This document shows, piece by piece, positions 1-9,388 of a stretch of DNA of 64,000 nt. The position numbers and the translations under genes were made by a program. Source of the DNA: an uncultured Ignavibacteria bacterium. GTDB lineage: Bacteria > Zixibacteria > MSB-5A5 > SM1-73. The stretch covers positions 7,465-71,464 of the forward strand of contig CAZPOP010000006.1 of assembly GCA_964588305.1 (NCBI GenBank), read 5' to 3'. The notes below the pieces were generated by a model. The model saw only the letters and a program-made list of their open reading frames with translations, was not told where the DNA came from and made no database searches. Within the stretch, counting starts at the first letter, position 1. Every line of letters begins with the position of its first letter.

Positions 1-700
1 AGCAGCCAGAAGCAGGGTGGGGATCAAAATCAGACAGCCTTTGGCAGAGATATTGGCAAAAGTCCCCAAAGGACTGGATAGAAAGGAATTAGAATCGTCA
101 TCTAGCTTGATCCTTGATGAGGTCAATGTAAAAAAGATTTCTTTCGCAGAAGACGACATTTGCGTGACCGAGCTGGTCGCCAAACCCAATTTCGGACGGT
201 TGGGGCCCAAGTTCGGGAAGAAGGCAGACTTGGTGGCACAAAAGATAAGGTCTTTGAGTCATGAAGAGCTCAACCGGTTCAGGAAGGAGGGGAGTCTGAA
301 ATTGGAACTCCAGGGAGAAACCGCGCTGCTGGAGACGGAGGATTTGGAAATCGGGGAGAAGGAAAAGGAGGGTTTCGTTGTCGAGTCCGAAAATGAATAT
401 AAGGTAGCGCTCTTCACCACTTTGACCGAGGAGCTAAGGAACGAAGGCTTTGCCCGCGAGTTGGTGAACAAAATACAAAATATGCGAAAAAGCGCCGACT
501 TCGAGGTGATGGACCGCATAAGAGCGGACATAAAGACCACTCCCAGACTCAACCAGGCCATAGAAGCTTTTGACCAATACATCAAGACTGAGACTTTGGC
601 AGAAAAGATCACCAAATCCGGCGAAAAAGGGGAGTTGTCCAAAGAGTGGGATATAAATGGAGAGAAGGCACAGATATCTGTTGCCAGGATGAAAAGATAG
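1..700 (+). CDS. ileS: Isoleucyl-tRNA synthetase, C-terminal fragment (gene continues upstream of the window)
   Basis: ORF open to the window edge. C-terminal motifs (FARELVNKIQNMRK) are typical of the IleS C-terminal domain. Classic ileS-dksA-like-lspA synteny follows. Confidence 0.75.
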   Translation, partial: AARSRVGIKIRQPLAEILAKVPKGLDRKELESSSSLILDEVNVKKISFAEDDICVTELVAKPNFGRLGPKFGKKADLVAQKIRSLSHEELNRFRKEGSLKLELQGETALLETEDLEIGEKEKEGFVVESENEYKVALFTTLTEELRNEGFARELVNKIQNMRKSADFEVMDRIRADIKTTPRLNQAIEAFDQYIKTETLAEKITKSGEKGELSKEWDINGEKAQISVARMKR

Positions 701-712
701 CGGAGGAGGGAG

Positions 713-1099
713 ATGAAGAAGAAGGATCTGGATAAGTATGAAGCCTTGCTTCTAGAAAAGAGAAGGGACCTGATAGGGGAAATGGGGCTTCTTAAGCAAT
801 CTGCCTTGGATAGTACCGCGAAGGATGCCTCAGGGGAGCTATCCGTTTACTCCACCCACATGGCAGACCACGGCACTGATGCTGATGAAAGAGAAAAAGC
901 GTTCCTGCTCCACTCCAAAAGCGGGAGGCTGCTCTATCACATCGACGAGGCCCTGCGCCGAATCAATGACAAGACTTATGGAAAGTGTGCGGAGTGCGGA
1001 GAGCAGATAAGCGCAGCCCGGCTGGAGGCCGTGCCCCATGCCAGACTCTGTATCGACTGCAAGGAGAAGGAAGAAGAGAAGAAGGCTTTGCGTAAATAG
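713..1099 (+). CDS. DksA/TraR-family C4-type zinc-finger protein
   Basis: 128 aa with CxxC-17aa-CxxC (CAECGEQISAARLEAVPHARLCIDC) and an N-terminal coiled-coil-like region. Sits between ileS and lspA. Confidence 0.8.
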   Translation: MKKKDLDKYEALLLEKRRDLIGEMGLLKQSALDSTAKDASGELSVYSTHMADHGTDADEREKAFLLHSKSGRLLYHIDEALRRINDKTYGKCAECGEQISAARLEAVPHARLCIDCKEKEEEKKALRK

Positions 1100-1111
1100 A
1101 CTTAAAAAAAC

Positions 1112-1648
1112 TTGGATGAGCTGATCAAAAAATCCAGGCTTCTGATAATCAGCCTGCTGGTTATCCTCCTAGATCAACTGTCCAAAACGGCGGTGGTTTG
1201 CTATTTTCAAATCGGTGATTCCACGCCGGTTTTGGACAATTTTTTTAGACTTACCTATGTTCTGAATCCCGGCGGGGTATTTGGAAGTCAATTGGGGAGC
1301 CAAAACTTCTATACTGCAATCTCGGTTTTGGCACTCATCGTAACTTCCTGGTTCTTCTTCAGAACCAGAAGCGGAGAAATATGGTTAAGAATCGGGTTGT
1401 GTATGGTTTTGGGTGGAGCGGTCGGAAATTTGATCGACCGGGTACGCTTCGGGGAGGTAGTGGACTTTTTGGATTTCGATTTTTTAAACGTCAACCTTCC
1501 TCCCTCCAGAGTTTTGTTTTTCGATTTCCCTGGTTTCTATCTTGATCGTTGGCCCGTATTCAACTTTGCCGACAGTTTCGTCTTGATTGGAGTCGTCCTT
1601 ATCATCGTCCACCTGTTGAAATCTTCAAGAAGTGCATCTCAGCCGTAG
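1112..1648 (+). CDS. lspA: Lipoprotein signal peptidase II
   Basis: 178 aa with 4 TM segments. Conserved motifs NPGGVFG, GGAVGNLIDR and FNFADSF. Located downstream of ileS. Confidence 0.85.
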   Translation: MDELIKKSRLLIISLLVILLDQLSKTAVVCYFQIGDSTPVLDNFFRLTYVLNPGGVFGSQLGSQNFYTAISVLALIVTSWFFFRTRSGEIWLRIGLCMVLGGAVGNLIDRVRFGEVVDFLDFDFLNVNLPPSRVLFFDFPGFYLDRWPVFNFADSFVLIGVVLIIVHLLKSSRSASQP

Positions 1649-1806
1649 GTCATGCATCCCCCGATTCATCGGGGCTGCTTGACAAGACTCTTCGATTTTG
1701 ATCAGCACCCTGGGTATGGTCGAAGGAGCGATGGGTGGGCATGGTTAGGTGTCTATTGGAATCCCGGGGAAGCGCATCTCGAAATCCTGGAATTCAGCAC
1801 GAGTGA

Positions 1807-2784
1807 TTGATGGAGAGAAACTCTGTAACGAAATTGGAGCTTACCACCCCCAGTGAGGCTGCTGGTACGAGATTAGATCTCTTCCTGGCCACTAAAAACA
1901 AAGATCTTTCCCGATCTCGCGTCCAAAAATTGATTTCTGATCAAAACATCCTGGTGAATGGCAGACCCACAAAGCCCTCGTATAAAATAAGAGGGAACGA
2001 AAGGATTACCATCGAAGTTCCTCCCTTAGAAGAACTCTCGTTGGAACCTGAAAACATTCCTTTAGACATTCCTTATGAAGATTCTGACCTTTTGCTGGTG
2101 AACAAAAAGCCGGGGATGGTGGTTCATCCGGCTTTGGGAAACTATTCCCATACTCTGGTTAATGCCCTTCTTTTTCATTGTAAGGACCTCTCCGGGATTA
2201 ACGGGGTGCTGCGTCCCGGCATAGTGCACAGGCTGGACAAAAACACTTCCGGCCTCTTGGTGGTGGCAAAGAACGATTTCACGCACCAGGGCCTGGCAGA
2301 GCAGATCAAAAACAGGACGCTTTTGCGTGAGTACGTTGCGATTGTCTGGGGACATATGCCTTCTGATAAAGGAATTATCCAGGCACCCATCGGAAGATCG
2401 ACAAAAGATGGCAAAAAAATGGCGGTAAGTCGATTGAGAGGAAGGGAATCATTGACCGAGTATCAGGTTCAAGAAAGATTCGATCTCTGTGAGCTTCTTT
2501 CCATAAGATTGAAAACCGGAAGGACTCATCAGATAAGGGTGCATTTATCTTATCTTAACCATCCGGTGTTAGGCGATCCAGAGTATGGGGGGAGACAGAA
2601 ATGGATTAAGGGAATTCACGACAAGCATCGCCCCCTTGCCCAGAAGCTTCTAACCTCAATCGACCGCCAGGCACTTCACGCCAAAAAATTAGGCTTCACA
2701 CATCCTCGAACAAAGGAATACAAAGAATTCGAGTCTTGCCTTCCTGAAGACTTTAATAATGTTCTGAATCTTCTTCGTAAATAA
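1807..2784 (+). CDS. rluD: RluA-family 23S rRNA pseudouridine synthase (RluD-like) with N-terminal S4 domain
   Basis: Catalytic motif HRLDKNTSGLLVVAKN and HQIRVHL. S4-like N-terminus. Synteny after lspA. Confidence 0.8.
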   Translation: MMERNSVTKLELTTPSEAAGTRLDLFLATKNKDLSRSRVQKLISDQNILVNGRPTKPSYKIRGNERITIEVPPLEELSLEPENIPLDIPYEDSDLLLVNKKPGMVVHPALGNYSHTLVNALLFHCKDLSGINGVLRPGIVHRLDKNTSGLLVVAKNDFTHQGLAEQIKNRTLLREYVAIVWGHMPSDKGIIQAPIGRSTKDGKKMAVSRLRGRESLTEYQVQERFDLCELLSIRLKTGRTHQIRVHLSYLNHPVLGDPEYGGRQKWIKGIHDKHRPLAQKLLTSIDRQALHAKKLGFTHPRTKEYKEFESCLPEDFNNVLNLLRK

Positions 2785-2856
2785 ACCATGCCATAAGTTT
2801 ACTCGAAAATCGATGTCAGTTGACGTAACGTGAAAGTAAGCGGGGAAACCCACGTG

Positions 2857-2903
2857 CCATCCTGAGCGGAGCCTCGCCTGAGGCGGGCGGAGCGAAGGAT
2901 CTC
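2857..2903. repeat. Dispersed short repeat, GTCATYCTGARCG...GAAGRATC family
   Basis: gccatcctgagcggagcctcgcctgaggcgggcggagcgaaggatctc. Related copies at 5557-5587, 5821-5843, 7205-7256, 8841-8869 and 14466-14488. Confidence 0.7.
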
Positions 2904-3306
2904 TCCCTGAAAGGAAAAGCTCAAATCGGGCTCGGAGGTACCGTCACCCTCGACCAGAAATCATGTGGCACGGTAAGGCTACGCTGCCACAACTGGCAGC
3001 GAGCAGCGAAGAAAAACATTACACCCCGTGTTAGGCCACATTTCTAATGGGAAAGAAAGGTTTTTATTTTCTGCACCACTGACGTCAACACATGCTGCTC
3101 TTCCAATAGAAACGGATGATGAATTGCGACAATTTCCTCTTCACCCTTCTTTGAATTCGGCAAATCACCCCGATAACTGGCAAACGCTTTTTGGAATCTT
3201 GGCTCGGTAATCATGGTGGTATATCCGCCCGGTTTGTAGGTCGAGCATGGCGTAAGCCTGCTCAACAAATCTATCTCTTAACCCTTGCCCCTGGACCCTG
3301 GTTTAT

Positions 3307-5262
3307 TCATGGACAGCCCGGCGGCGATCCTCCCAAAAACAAATAGTTGATAAGATACATCACATCAGCAACATCCACCACCCCGTCGCAATTGGCATCT
3401 CCGGCATCGAGAGGGTCAGGTGCTGATCCAGATATGAACAGGTAATTTATCAAATACATGACGTCGGCTACATCGATTGCCCCGTCCGCATTTGCGTCCC
3501 CACGAGAATAGATTATGAAATCATCATCACTTATATCAAAAGGATCACCATCTAATACATCCGACACTTTCACTCTACAATTCGGAGAAGGTGTATTTGG
3601 CACAATCCAAGCAACGGAACCGATATTTGTGGTATCGTCAACAATAACCAGCCAGTCAGCACCGCTATTGGTGGAATACTCAATCGTAACGTTGCTGTCA
3701 AAACATAAAGAGTTCCAAGAAATATCGTAAGTTGAGTCGACAATCAAGGTTTCACCACCGGTGGGGTAGGTGACAATAATAGTAGGTCCAGGGCAGATTG
3801 TGAAATCGCTGTCGCTGACATCCGATGGGTTGCCATCGGCAGCATCAGATACTTTCACCCTGCAATTGGGAGAAAGGACAAGGGGACCTTCCCACGAATA
3901 GAACCCAATATTTATGGTGCTTTCTACTACACTTTCCCATGTGGAACCACTGTTAGTTGAGTATTCTATCTTGACATTGTCGGTGAAACAGAACGGATTC
4001 CATTGGATATAATATGTTTCATCGGACCACCATTCCTCACCCCCGTTGGGAGAAATAACTATAATAGAGTCTGCTGGTGGTGTGTTGACGTCGGTAGAAA
4101 AAGGCGTATAATCAAATTCTCGAAGACTTGGGTCGTCCCAATAATCATAAATTAGTAACTGAATCATATTGGGGTCGGTCGTCCCCCACCAGTTGTTCTC
4201 ACCGTGAATGGGAGTTGGACCTGGTCCAGCAGAGACCTCAAAAACTGAATTAACAAGATCGCTATTTCCATGAATGTTATTAAAATTCATGTAAAGGTTG
4301 CTATACGGGGAGCCGAAGAGGACACCTCCCGCAGTAACCGGAGGCCCGTTTGACGAATTTCCACTAATAGTATTGCCAGTAATGATGGGATGGCCACCGC
4401 CTATGCAAAGACCACCCCCTCCCCTGGCGGCGGTGTTATTAGTTATGGTATTGCAAGATATAATGGGGGATACATAATAAATATATATCCCACCTCCATA
4501 CCAATTATAGGGTTGCCCATTCCCAGTTATTACATTATTAGTAATTATTGCTGAATCTGATTCCACATAAATCCCGTCACCGCTTGAAGAATAAAGCGAG
4601 GAACTCCCAACCCAATTTCCCGATATAGTATTGCCGACTATCATAGGTGCAGATCCCGCCATTATCGCAATCCCTCCACCATACGTTGCGGATGGGCCAG
4701 CGGTCCAGGCATTGCCGCTTATAGTGTTATAAGAGATTACAGGCGACGATCCTGTGCCTATGAGGATGCCATGTCCCTCATATATATAAGAACCACTGCC
4801 GTTCTCTCTGATGGTGTTATAACTGATTTTCGGTGATGCAGAATCACAAACGATCCCAACCCTTGCTTTTTCAATCCGGCAATACTCCACCAAGCACATA
4901 GTATCAATACTTGAGTTGGTAAATCTTATACTAATCCAATAAGCCCGTCCAGCGGCCTCATCGCTCGCTGTAAGAATGATTGAGTCTGTGGATGTTCCTC
5001 GAGCATCAAGCGCGCCATCCACTCTTAACCCAATCCCTTGGTTGAAGTTCACAATTACCCCTGGTTGAATCGTCAAAGTAACATTGGTATCCACTCTCGT
5101 TCCCCCAATAACAATATAGGGGTTTCCAGCCGGTGTCCACGTGGTATTAGCGCCTATAGTCCCGCTCACAAAAGTCGTATCTGCCTTTGCCCCGGGGTTA
5201 AACGCAACGCAAAGCGCCATCATCGCCCCCAAGAGCAAAGAAATTTTTAAGGTGCATTTCAT
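3307..5262 (-). CDS. Secreted right-handed parallel beta-helix (PbH1/NosD-like) protein with two tandem ~85-aa Ig-like domains and a C-terminal type-I dockerin module
   Basis: Signal peptide MKCTLKISLLLGAMMALCVAFNPGAKA. Repeated GNTISGN / NNVITGN / YNTISGN beta-helix turns. Two copies of the ...VTIEYSTNSG..W.....T.NIG...W.VP.T.S.NCRVKVSD... domain. C-terminus GDANADGAIDVADVMYLINYLF...GDANCDGVVDVADVMYLINYLF = two Ca-binding dockerin repeats. Confidence 0.85.
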   Translation of the reverse strand: MKCTLKISLLLGAMMALCVAFNPGAKADTTFVSGTIGANTTWTPAGNPYIVIGGTRVDTNVTLTIQPGVIVNFNQGIGLRVDGALDARGTSTDSIILTASDEAAGRAYWISIRFTNSSIDTMCLVEYCRIEKARVGIVCDSASPKISYNTIRENGSGSYIYEGHGILIGTGSSPVISYNTISGNAWTAGPSATYGGGIAIMAGSAPMIVGNTISGNWVGSSSLYSSSGDGIYVESDSAIITNNVITGNGQPYNWYGGGIYIYYVSPIISCNTITNNTAARGGGGLCIGGGHPIITGNTISGNSSNGPPVTAGGVLFGSPYSNLYMNFNNIHGNSDLVNSVFEVSAGPGPTPIHGENNWWGTTDPNMIQLLIYDYWDDPSLREFDYTPFSTDVNTPPADSIIVISPNGGEEWWSDETYYIQWNPFCFTDNVKIEYSTNSGSTWESVVESTINIGFYSWEGPLVLSPNCRVKVSDAADGNPSDVSDSDFTICPGPTIIVTYPTGGETLIVDSTYDISWNSLCFDSNVTIEYSTNSGADWLVIVDDTTNIGSVAWIVPNTPSPNCRVKVSDVLDGDPFDISDDDFIIYSRGDANADGAIDVADVMYLINYLFISGSAPDPLDAGDANCDGVVDVADVMYLINYLFLGGSPPGCP

Positions 5263-5610
5263 TTTATACCTCCGGTTTGTTTAGTTAATACTTCATTGTT
5301 CATGGTAAGATCAAACAAGACAATGCGGTTATTTCACTAATTTTGTACAAACACCAGTATACATTTGCAGCAAGATTCTTCTTGTAGCAATAATATAACT
5401 TCTTTCTAACAATTGTCAATATCTGATTTGAGAATTCCTGGACTTTTTCAGGTTAGGGGATTCACTCACACGGACTTACTCGTTGATCGAGGGTGCCCTC
5501 CCCCTCGACCTCAGGTTGACTCGAATCCTCCCCCTCGATGGAGGTTATGTCATAATGTCATTCTGAGGCTTTAGCCGAAGAATCTCGATTTTCTAACTTA
5601 TTAAGACTAT

Positions 5611-5658
5611 TAAACTGTTCCCCAGCCAAACGCGGGATAGCAAAATCACTCTAACTTT
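5611..5658. repeat. 48-nt direct repeat, copy 1 (ccagcc..gcgggatRgcaaaatcactctaactttgatggtgat)
   Basis: Second copy at 5888-5938, 277 bp downstream. Confidence 0.8.
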
Positions 5659-5864
5659 GATGGTGATGGAGATAGGTGCAGTATATATGAGAGAGGCAGT
5701 TGTTTTATGATAAGCCATAATCCCCCTTTTGTAAAGGTGAACAAAGGGATGTTAAAGATTATTACAAGTTCTCCGAGTTCTCAGAACCCGTGAGTCTGTC
5801 GAAAAAATGTTTTTTTGTGTCACCCTGAACGAAGTGAAGGGTCTTAACTCTTTGAAATAAAGCG

Positions 5865-5894
5865 CGTACGCAAGCCTTCACGGCTTGCCAGCCC
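5865..5894. repeat. Hairpin repeat gcRtaSSCaagccttcacggcttgSc (copy 1)
   Basis: gcgtacgcaagccttcacggcttgccagcc. Second copy 8683-8730 (cgcgtagccaagccttcacggcttggctggc). Confidence 0.75.
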
Positions 5895-5938
5895 CGCCAA
5901 AGGCGGGATGGCAAAATCACTCTAACTTTGATGGTGAT
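5888..5938. repeat. 48-nt direct repeat, copy 2
   Basis: ccagccccgccaaaggcgggatggcaaaatcactctaactttgatggtgat. Confidence 0.8.
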
Positions 5939-5971
5939 AGGGTTAGAGCGCCTGTTTATGGGAGACCAACT

Positions 5972-6934
5972 ATGAGGTCACCCAATGACCAGCTTAGTCG
6001 AATCGCTTATGGTAAACATACTCTAACCTTTTATGGTCTTGTAGGTCAAGCATGGCGTAGCCTGCTTGACAAATTCTCTATTCTGGCAGAAAGGATATTT
6101 GATATGAACGGTCTGATTGATACCGACCCTGGGTCTTGTCAAAAAGAAGAGCCTAAGGACTTGAAGCTCCTAGAAATATTAATCGATAAGATCATTAACA
6201 GATTAGAGGAAAACTCCTGTGAGCCCAAAATCCAGGATGCCTTGAAAGCTATCCAGCTCAAACAGAAAGTGGCCAAAACCTCGGAAGCCGAAGAATTCTT
6301 TTGGCAACAAATAGACGAAATAAGAAGAGAGGAATTGCCAAAACTTTATCCTGAACGTATCCGACCTAACAGCTTGGAGGCTCAAATTCTGAAGACCATC
6401 TTAGCGCTGAAAGATCAGGTAAAAAATGGCATTCTTCCGGTTAAAACCATCACCGACACTTTCAATCAAGAAAGATCCAGAGAAAATCAGCTTACTTATC
6501 AACGGGTTGGACGGACCTTATCCACCATCGGATTCTCAAAGAGAAGAACAGGAAGCGGAGCCTCGGCCATCATTTGGGAAGAGGAATTCCTCTCTCGTCT
6601 ATGCCCTTCTCAGAACAAGGACTCAAGACTCCATGATGATTCAAAAGAGATAAAACAATCGTCAGAAACGTCAGAAAGGTCAGAAACGTCAGAAACATCA
6701 GGGGCAAAAGAAGCTCCCTCTCTATTGGAGAAAGATCGCCAGGATGCTTCGCCGGGTCAGATTGAAAATCCCGCCCTTCGACAGGATCCTTTCGGGTCTG
6801 AGCCTTCCTTCGACACTGAGTCTCGGGACGAAGTGCAGGGTCGAAGGGAGCGAAGTCGAACCACCAGAGGCGGGAGTGAGGGCAATACAAAGTTGTTTTT
6901 ATGCCCCCCAAGGCTTTGGTCGCATCGGCATTAG
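5972..6934 (+). CDS. Hypothetical protein with a low-complexity SETSERSETSETS tail; doubtful gene
   Basis: Good RBS (ggaga-6nt-ATG) and a non-repetitive N-terminal ~220 aa. However it contains a copy of a dispersed repeat (6036-6085) and a 9-bp tandem repeat (6661-6700), and lies in a repeat-rich region with ORFs open on both strands. Confidence 0.3.
   Translation: MRSPNDQLSRIAYGKHTLTFYGLVGQAWRSLLDKFSILAERIFDMNGLIDTDPGSCQKEEPKDLKLLEILIDKIINRLEENSCEPKIQDALKAIQLKQKVAKTSEAEEFFWQQIDEIRREELPKLYPERIRPNSLEAQILKTILALKDQVKNGILPVKTITDTFNQERSRENQLTYQRVGRTLSTIGFSKRRTGSGASAIIWEEEFLSRLCPSQNKDSRLHDDSKEIKQSSETSERSETSETSGAKEAPSLLEKDRQDASPGQIENPALRQDPFGSEPSFDTESRDEVQGRRERSRTTRGGSEGNTKLFLCPPRLWSHRH
6661..6700. 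repeat. Tandem 9-bp repeat (tcagaaaNg x4)
   Basis: gtcagaaacg tcagaaaggt cagaaacgtc agaaacatca read directly. Translates as SETSERSETSETS on + and LTFLTFLTF on -. Confidence 0.85.
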
Positions 6935-6980
6935 TTTCCCGCACGGGTCTCCCTAATCCCCCTTTTTTTAAAGGGTTGGT

Positions 6981-7005
6981 AGCGCAGACTTTCAGTCTGC
7001 GGGGT
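6981..7005. repeat. Hairpin repeat agcgcagactttcagtctgcgggg
   Basis: Related copy gagagtagccgcagtcttcagactgcggggg at 51531-51563 and half-copy at 51611-51643. Confidence 0.7.
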
Positions 7006-7204
7006 GGGGATCGAAAAAACGGGGAAACTCCACTCCCCTTCAGGGTGAATCCCTCTCCTTTGACCTTGCCTCGCACTGACTGCACTCGGCACGAAGTGAG
7101 GTCTCGGGACCGAAGGGCAGGATGAACCCCCGCCCTCGACGAGAAGCTGTATAGTTTCCCTCTCCCCTTGGGGGCTCTGTCGCAACGCTTAAAGACACGT
7201 AGTT

Positions 7205-7256
7205 GTCATTCTGAGCGAAGCCCTGCACCGTCAGCTGCGGGGCGAAGCGAAGAATC
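7205..7256. repeat. Dispersed short repeat, GTCATTCTGAGCGAAGC...GCGAAGCGAAGAATC
   Basis: gtcattctgagcgaagccctgcaccgtcagctgcggggcgaagcgaagaatc read directly. Confidence 0.7.
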
Positions 7257-7576
7257 TAATAGTCTCAATTGCCGTAGCGCCCGACCTTTGTTTACCCTGA
7301 GCATGGTCGAAGGGTGTCGGGCGTAGATTTATTAGGACGAAGTGTCAAGGGAGAGACAAATTGTTCTGTAGAGACCAAATACAAATCATACACTTTTTAA
7401 GTTGGTTCGGGAATTGTCGCCGGGATCCCGCTTTGCGGGAGAATTCCCGAACCATTCTCGAGCGGGTCAGCACGATTCCCCTGAGGGGAAAAATCCAATT
7501 CCGGCACGAACAGGAGATTCTTCAACGAGCCTTGAGGCTTAAAACTCCAGTCCTTCTTTCAACGTTTCGCCCCCGC

Positions 7577-8632
7577 CTAGTGCAGGATCTTCGACATTTG
7601 TGCAGCCAAGAGAATTGCATTTATCATCCCCTTGGGATCGGCGACGCCTTTGCCAGCAATATCCAGAGCAGTCCCAAAATCAGGAGAGGTCCGGATGATG
7701 GGGAGACCGATGGTAACATTTGTTGCATTACCCAGGCCGCCCATCTTCAAAGGAATCAGTCCCTGATCATGATACATGGCGATAATGCAATCAAAACCAT
7801 GTGAAGTCCCCCTCACCCTTTTCCTCTCCCCTAATAGGAGAGGAGACGATCTCGTTAAAGGCGGAGAGGAGAAAATAGTGTCTGCTGGATATGGACCAGA
7901 GGCTTTTATCCCTTCTTTCTGTGCTGCTTTGATTGCAGGAAGAATGAATCTCTTTTCCTCGGTCCCAAAGATTCCCCCCTCTCCGGCATGCGGATTCAAA
8001 GCACAAACGCCGATTTTGGGTTTTCTGATCCCGAAGTATCTCTTGAGAGCCTGTTCAGCTAAAATGATCTTTTCCAGGATTTCTCTTTTGGAAATAGCTT
8101 TGGCCACTTCCGAGAGTGCCATATGAGTGGTGACCAAAACCACCTTGAATCTCTCGGACACAAACATCATGGCGAATCTCCGGGTGGCCGTTAGGTAGGC
8201 TAAAAATTCAGTATGTCCGGGAAAATCGTAGCCTGCCAAGTGCAAGCCTTTCTTGGACAGAGGAGCGGTTACCATGGCGTCTATTTGATAGGAAAGGGCG
8301 AATTGAGCAGCATAAATCACACAGTCAGCCGCCATCCTTCCGGATAGTTTGGTGATTTTGCCCGGCCGGATTTTCGTATGATCAAATCTGGTGCAGTCAA
8401 GAACGTTTATGACCGCCTTAGAATCTCTTATCTCTTCAACCCAGGTTATTCTTCTTAGGTTAACATTTGTCAGGAACTTCCTGGCGGCTGAAAAGATTAT
8501 GTTGTAGGAGCCAAAAACCAGAGGATGACAACTCCGCTGGACTACTCTATCAGACAAAGCCTTCACCACCACCTCCGGCCCAATCCCCGCCGGGTCACCC
8601 ATGGTAACGCCAATGATAGGTTTTTTCAGCAT
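7577..8632 (-). CDS. pdxA: 4-hydroxythreonine-4-phosphate dehydrogenase
   Basis: 351 aa. N-terminal IGVTMGDPAGIGPEV, ALNPHAGEGG and TSPDFGTA motifs characteristic of PdxA. Confidence 0.9.
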   Translation of the reverse strand: MLKKPIIGVTMGDPAGIGPEVVVKALSDRVVQRSCHPLVFGSYNIIFSAARKFLTNVNLRRITWVEEIRDSKAVINVLDCTRFDHTKIRPGKITKLSGRMAADCVIYAAQFALSYQIDAMVTAPLSKKGLHLAGYDFPGHTEFLAYLTATRRFAMMFVSERFKVVLVTTHMALSEVAKAISKREILEKIILAEQALKRYFGIRKPKIGVCALNPHAGEGGIFGTEEKRFILPAIKAAQKEGIKASGPYPADTIFSSPPLTRSSPLLLGERKRVRGTSHGFDCIIAMYHDQGLIPLKMGGLGNATNVTIGLPIIRTSPDFGTALDIAGKGVADPKGMINAILLAAQMSKILH

Positions 8633-8682
8633 ACAGAAGATTTACTGTTTACTTAAAAGATGCAATTCCCTTCTTAAGTTTC

Positions 8683-8730
8683 GCGTAGCCAAGCCTTCAC
8701 GGCTTGGCTGGCAAATCATAAAGGCTTGCC
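8683..8730. repeat. Hairpin repeat (copy 2) between pdxA and cdd
   Basis: Stem ccaagcc / ggcttgg with loop ttcac. Shares the flanking ggc(a)aaatca with the 5903-5940 repeat. Confidence 0.75.
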
Positions 8731-8925
8731 TACACAGAGCCCTGTCCGTCTGGAAGTGATTCATGAAAAAATACAAAACTTCGGTTCTTATTTAAAAGGC
8801 AAAAATTTCTCTCTGGATTACCGGTAGTTGGGTCAACGGATTCATCCTGAACGGACTTGTCCTCAGAGCTTATCCCGAAGGATTCACCGTGAAAGGATCA
8901 AACGGATGGAACAGACAAAATCCGT

Positions 8926-9348
8926 TTAATGCTTTGGCAAGTTCTGGTTGAACTTCTCGAAAGCCTCCGGAAGAAGCTCTCTTAAAGTATATCTCTCCGT
9001 TTTCCCTTCTAAATTAGCACAGATGATCTTCAAATCAGAACTAAACTCGGAAAGGACCTGCCGACACGCTCCACAGGGAGTGACAGGGTCCGGTTTGTCG
9101 GCAACTACGGCGATCTTGACAAAGTCCTTCTCTCCGTTGGCAACCGCCTTGAAGACTGCCACCCTCTCTGCGCAAACGGTTAAGCCGAATGTGGCATTCT
9201 CGACGTTTGCGCCGGTGTAAACCTTTCCGCTCTTTACCAAAAGAGCAGCACCCACCTTAAACTCAGAGTACGGAGCGTATGCACGTTCTCTGGCCCTTTT
9301 CGCTTTCTTGATTAATTCAGAATCCTTCATCTTGGCTGAGCGTTCCAC
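8926..9348 (-). CDS. cdd: Cytidine deaminase
   Basis: 140 aa. Zinc-binding CAERVA and PCGACRQVLSEF motifs. Confidence 0.9.
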   Translation of the reverse strand: MERSAKMKDSELIKKAKRARERAYAPYSEFKVGAALLVKSGKVYTGANVENATFGLTVCAERVAVFKAVANGEKDFVKIAVVADKPDPVTPCGACRQVLSEFSSDLKIICANLEGKTERYTLRELLPEAFEKFNQNLPKH

Positions 9349-9388
9349 TTCTGGCGAGGTCTTTCGAAAGCTTCAAATAACATCGCAA

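Noticed and set aside
6570..7085. 171-aa minus-strand ORF and other overlapping ORFs (6744..6956, 6901..7125, 6931..7185, 7040..7228) in the 6.5-7.3 kb region
   Set aside because: They overlap one another in multiple frames inside repeat-dense DNA with low-complexity translations (LTFLTFLTF). They were treated as non-coding.
7361..7804. 147-aa plus-strand ORF
   Set aside because: Lies antisense to the 3' end of pdxA and begins in repeat DNA. No RBS or family signal.
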